From the IMG/VR virus record IMGVR_UViG_3300031787_000074: a stretch of DNA of 64,000 nt; one strand, given 5' to 3'. The notes under the pieces were generated by a model that was not told the DNA's origin, made no database searches, and was given only the letters and a program-made list of their open reading frames with translations. Positions 62,201 through 64,000 of the stretch are shown piece after piece. The translations under genes and the position numbers were made by a program. Positions within the stretch are counted from its first letter, which is position 1, and the number at the start of each line of letters is the position of its first letter. The DNA comes from an uncultured virus (IMG/VR IMGVR_UViG_3300031787_000074) (Duplodnaviria; Heunggongvirae; Uroviricota; Caudoviricetes).

Positions 62201-63679
62201 GATTTTGCCGCTAACCAAAGCAGCCACTACGTTTGAATTCTTGTTTTCAAGCTCTTTGGGGAAAGCTATTACAGAGTCAGCAATATCCTGAGGAGTTTTC
62301 CATACAGGTTTATTTCCATTCTTTACGTCAAGAAACTTGGCATAGACCTTTCCATCCTTACCTTTCATGGAAGATTGAGCCAAACGGCTATCAACACCTA
62401 CCTTTAGAGATTCAGGAGTGAGTAGAGGATCGACATAACCAAAGTGAGAAGGCTGAACCGACCTGGCTTCGTCTGGAACAGCGTCCAGAGAAGGAATACC
62501 GCCTTCGCCAAGACGACTCATTCTGGTCAGCTGGCCAAGAATCTCAGCGTTGTTCACTTCTTCAGAAGGCTGTCCAAGTCCAGAACTTGTAATTGCAGCA
62601 TTCAAATGCTTGCCAAGGAAGTTAGTTCCCAGAGGACTGAGATTATTTTTGAATGTGGCTTTCCACAGTAAAGGCCTCATGACCTTGTAGGCTGAGCGCA
62701 TCTTCTCAGAAAACAGATCCTCAGGACCCATGATCATCTGATAGGCCATGGCATCGCGGTCGTCTGGATCTGCTTCTCTCTTGTTTATGGCCACGATCTT
62801 CTTTGTGGCATCAATAATGGCATCTACTGACAAGTTTTTATACGGTTTGCCTAGTGTTCTTGACGTTACAACACCATCTAAATGCATGTTCTCAAAGAAG
62901 TTACGAAGCTTTTGATACTTGCTTTCCTTGTCTCCTTCCTGATCAGCCTTCCTAAGAGTTCTTTGGATTAGCTTTTCCAGAACCTGCGGGTCGTTTTGCC
63001 TGGCGTTTACTTCGTACAGCTCGTTTCCCCAAGAGTCTCTAAGCTGTTTGTCTGTTGCACCCATGGCTTTGAGCAGGGGAAACAGAGGCATGGACGCTTG
63101 GCCCATGGAAACTTTGAATACGCCGCGAGCTGGATCTAGAGAATATCTGTGAGAAACACCTTTACCAGGAAGTACGTTAACGTGAGATTCTATTTCACCG
63201 TTCTGCTTTTCTCTCGTATATATCCCTGGGCGCAATCTGGCTTGGTTGGCAAGTGTGTATTCAACACCATTAAGTACGAAAGTGCCGCCATTTGTCATCT
63301 TGGGAATACGAGCCATGGTTATGGCTTTTTCATCAACGATGTTTCCCTGCGTGTCCTGAAGCTGCCATATGCCCTGAAGCCTTCTTTCAAGGCTTTCTTT
63401 TCTAAGAATGGCTTTCTTTCGTTCTTTTATGGAAGGAACTGGGCTATCTAGATAGCTAGCGCTGACTAGCTTTAGCTTATACCTATTGTTTTCAAATACA
63501 GGAATTTCTTTCGTAGCGTTTAAAACACCGTCGTATATGGAGTTACGAGTCTTATCTATGTCAGAAAAAGACCGCATCTCTTCCTGAGGTTTATTTAAAA
63601 TAGGCGCGGCCAGATTGCCAAGAACTCCTGCAGGCTTGTTTGGTCCCGCAGGAGTTCCACCGTCTAGGACAGAAGCCAT
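59243..63679 (-). CDS. rpoBC: DNA-directed RNA polymerase beta-beta'(N-terminal) fusion
   Basis: Beta motifs IPKMTNGGTFVLNG, TPESLKVG, GQNFEDAI, GDKLSGRYGDKGVIS, NPLGIISRTNPGQ, MKLHH. Then beta' motifs PVLPPIFRP, NRAPVLHR and catalytic GADFDGD (59507-59527). Confidence 0.97.
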   Translation of the reverse strand: MASVLDGGTPAGPNKPAGVLGNLAAPILNKPQEEMRSFSDIDKTRNSIYDGVLNATKEIPVFENNRYKLKLVSASYLDSPVPSIKERKKAILRKESLERRLQGIWQLQDTQGNIVDEKAITMARIPKMTNGGTFVLNGVEYTLANQARLRPGIYTREKQNGEIESHVNVLPGKGVSHRYSLDPARGVFKVSMGQASMPLFPLLKAMGATDKQLRDSWGNELYEVNARQNDPQVLEKLIQRTLRKADQEGDKESKYQKLRNFFENMHLDGVVTSRTLGKPYKNLSVDAIIDATKKIVAINKREADPDDRDAMAYQMIMGPEDLFSEKMRSAYKVMRPLLWKATFKNNLSPLGTNFLGKHLNAAITSSGLGQPSEEVNNAEILGQLTRMSRLGEGGIPSLDAVPDEARSVQPSHFGYVDPLLTPESLKVGVDSRLAQSSMKGKDGKVYAKFLDVKNGNKPVWKTPQDIADSVIAFPKELENKNSNVVAALVSGKIKYVPKNQVEYVLPHMEDSFNPLVNMIPLKSTIKGQRVMMGARMLTQALPIANAESPFVQSGVPGPDDESYEERYGKYMGAVHSDVEGQVVKVTPEEIHIKGSDGKVHVKEIHDNLPYNRKTYLHNTPVVMPGDMVKKNTLIARSNFTDAKGATALGLNMRTAYIPYKGQNFEDAIVISEAAAKRLSSEHMYQNDVEFEDNAKYGKKTFISMFPGTYDKAILDNMDEDGVIKKGSIVNADTPLILQVKQKELAHNQITRGKAPTFSDSTVTWDHHDKGVVTDVEKTRKGVVVTVKSYSQMQVGDKLSGRYGDKGVISEIVPDNHMPVDSDGRPFEVLVNPLGIISRTNPGQMVEAVLGKIAEKHGKRYAVKDFSDIEDMIEFAKKELSKHNMSDREDILDPIDSTKIRDVFTGNRFFMKLHHMAESKGSGRGLGSYTSEESPAKGGPMGSKRVSLADNNALLSHGALDVLTDAGAIRGQKNQDYWAAFMSGRTPPEPRIPLVYHKFFEQLRSAGINPIRTGPRIQIMALTNKDIDQLAAGREITSPETVDWKEGLKPIKGGLFDESTTGGHGGNRWSYIKLAEPLPNPVMEEPIRRILGLTQNRFNAILSGKETFNEMSGPEAIKKSLERIDINEATKRAETEWRNSKKSSKDAALKRWAILKHTQRLKMHPKDWMMDKIPVLPPIFRPVAVMGSGDRPLVADPNYLYKEAFEANQALKETRRISNEVGDERLALYRSFKAVTGLGDPISPKNQERGVKGVLKYVFGDNPKFSVMQRKLLSTTVDVVGRGVISPNANLDLDQVGIPINKAWEIYKPFIVRRLARQGVSPIRAAELVQNKDKLALTAMQQEMNDRPVIINRAPVLHRYGVMAFKPILVDNETMQLCPAVVTGFGADFDGDTMNYHVPVSDGAVKDALEKMLPSKNLLSTKTFKVHQLPKNEYQGGLYQATAFVSNKPERYFATKADAIRAYKSGEIGPDQKVVILNS

Positions 63680-63682
63680 GGC

Positions 63683-63994
63683 TTATTCCTCGTTATCTTC
63701 TTCCTGGTCTTCAGACTCTTCTACTTTTTTCTTCTTTTCATGAATTGGAAGAGCCATAAGCTTTGGAGGAGAAGCAGCCTGCCTTGCAGCAGCTCTTTCT
63801 CTGGCTATTTCGCCAAGGAGCTTGGAAGGATCTCTCTTGCTGAAGTATTCGTATCCAAGGGTTGTTCCAAGAACAGGCAAACCAGCCAAAGCTGTAAGCC
63901 CCAAACCTCCAATTATGTTACCGGCGGATTCTAAAGAAGCTCTTGCCGCATTAGGGTCAATGCCTGCTTGCTCATAAATAGGGTCTGTAATCAT
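63683..63994 (-). CDS. Small protein with Gly-rich hydrophobic helix (true start may lie beyond the window edge)
   Basis: 103 aa; IIGGLGLTALAGLPVLGTTLGY followed by a charged tail. Confidence 0.55.
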   Translation of the reverse strand: MITDPIYEQAGIDPNAARASLESAGNIIGGLGLTALAGLPVLGTTLGYEYFSKRDPSKLLGEIARERAAARQAASPPKLMALPIHEKKKKVEESEDQEEDNEE

Positions 63995-64000
63995 TCTGCT

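Noticed and set aside
1..64000. Stop-codon reassignment (TAG read as an amino acid), prompted by the four in-frame TAGs at 59.2 kb
   Set aside because: Genes are long and intact under code 11, and TAG ends several genes at sensible boundaries (34328, 43610, 47960, 59243).
1..64000. Eukaryotic giant virus (NCLDV) or bacterial chromosome rpoBC locus
   Set aside because: SD sites, overlapping genes, a contractile tail and an HK97-type head cluster point to a phage. The RNAP is bacterial-type, and there are no ribosomal-protein neighbours.

Overview
This window is a 64-kb slice of a large contractile-tailed dsDNA bacteriophage (myovirus-like Caudoviricetes). Nearly all genes are tightly packed on the minus strand, with Shine-Dalgarno sites and stop/start overlaps under the standard bacterial code. 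In transcription order (right to left) there are four blocks. (1) A bacterial-type multisubunit RNA polymerase with an unusual architecture: a beta-beta'(N) fusion and a separate beta'(C). Between the halves lies an array of low-complexity proteins sharing an N-terminal leader. (2) A cluster of putative head-internal proteins rich in K-x-A motifs and glycine-zipper hydrophobic segments, including an NCLDV NPH-I/VETF-like SF2 helicase. (3) Prohead protease, scaffold, decoration protein and major capsid protein, followed by two self-contained membrane-protein cassettes. (4) Neck, sheath, tube, spike, tail chaperone with a predicted -1 frameshift, tape measure, and baseplate genes with an embedded sigma-70-family factor and a subtilisin. 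These are followed by a paralogous Cys-rich tail-appendage array containing an HNH gene. The most interesting inferred system is a virion-packaged transcription and cargo apparatus addressed and processed through a K-x-A code. All product calls come from motif recognition by eye and gene order; no database search was run.
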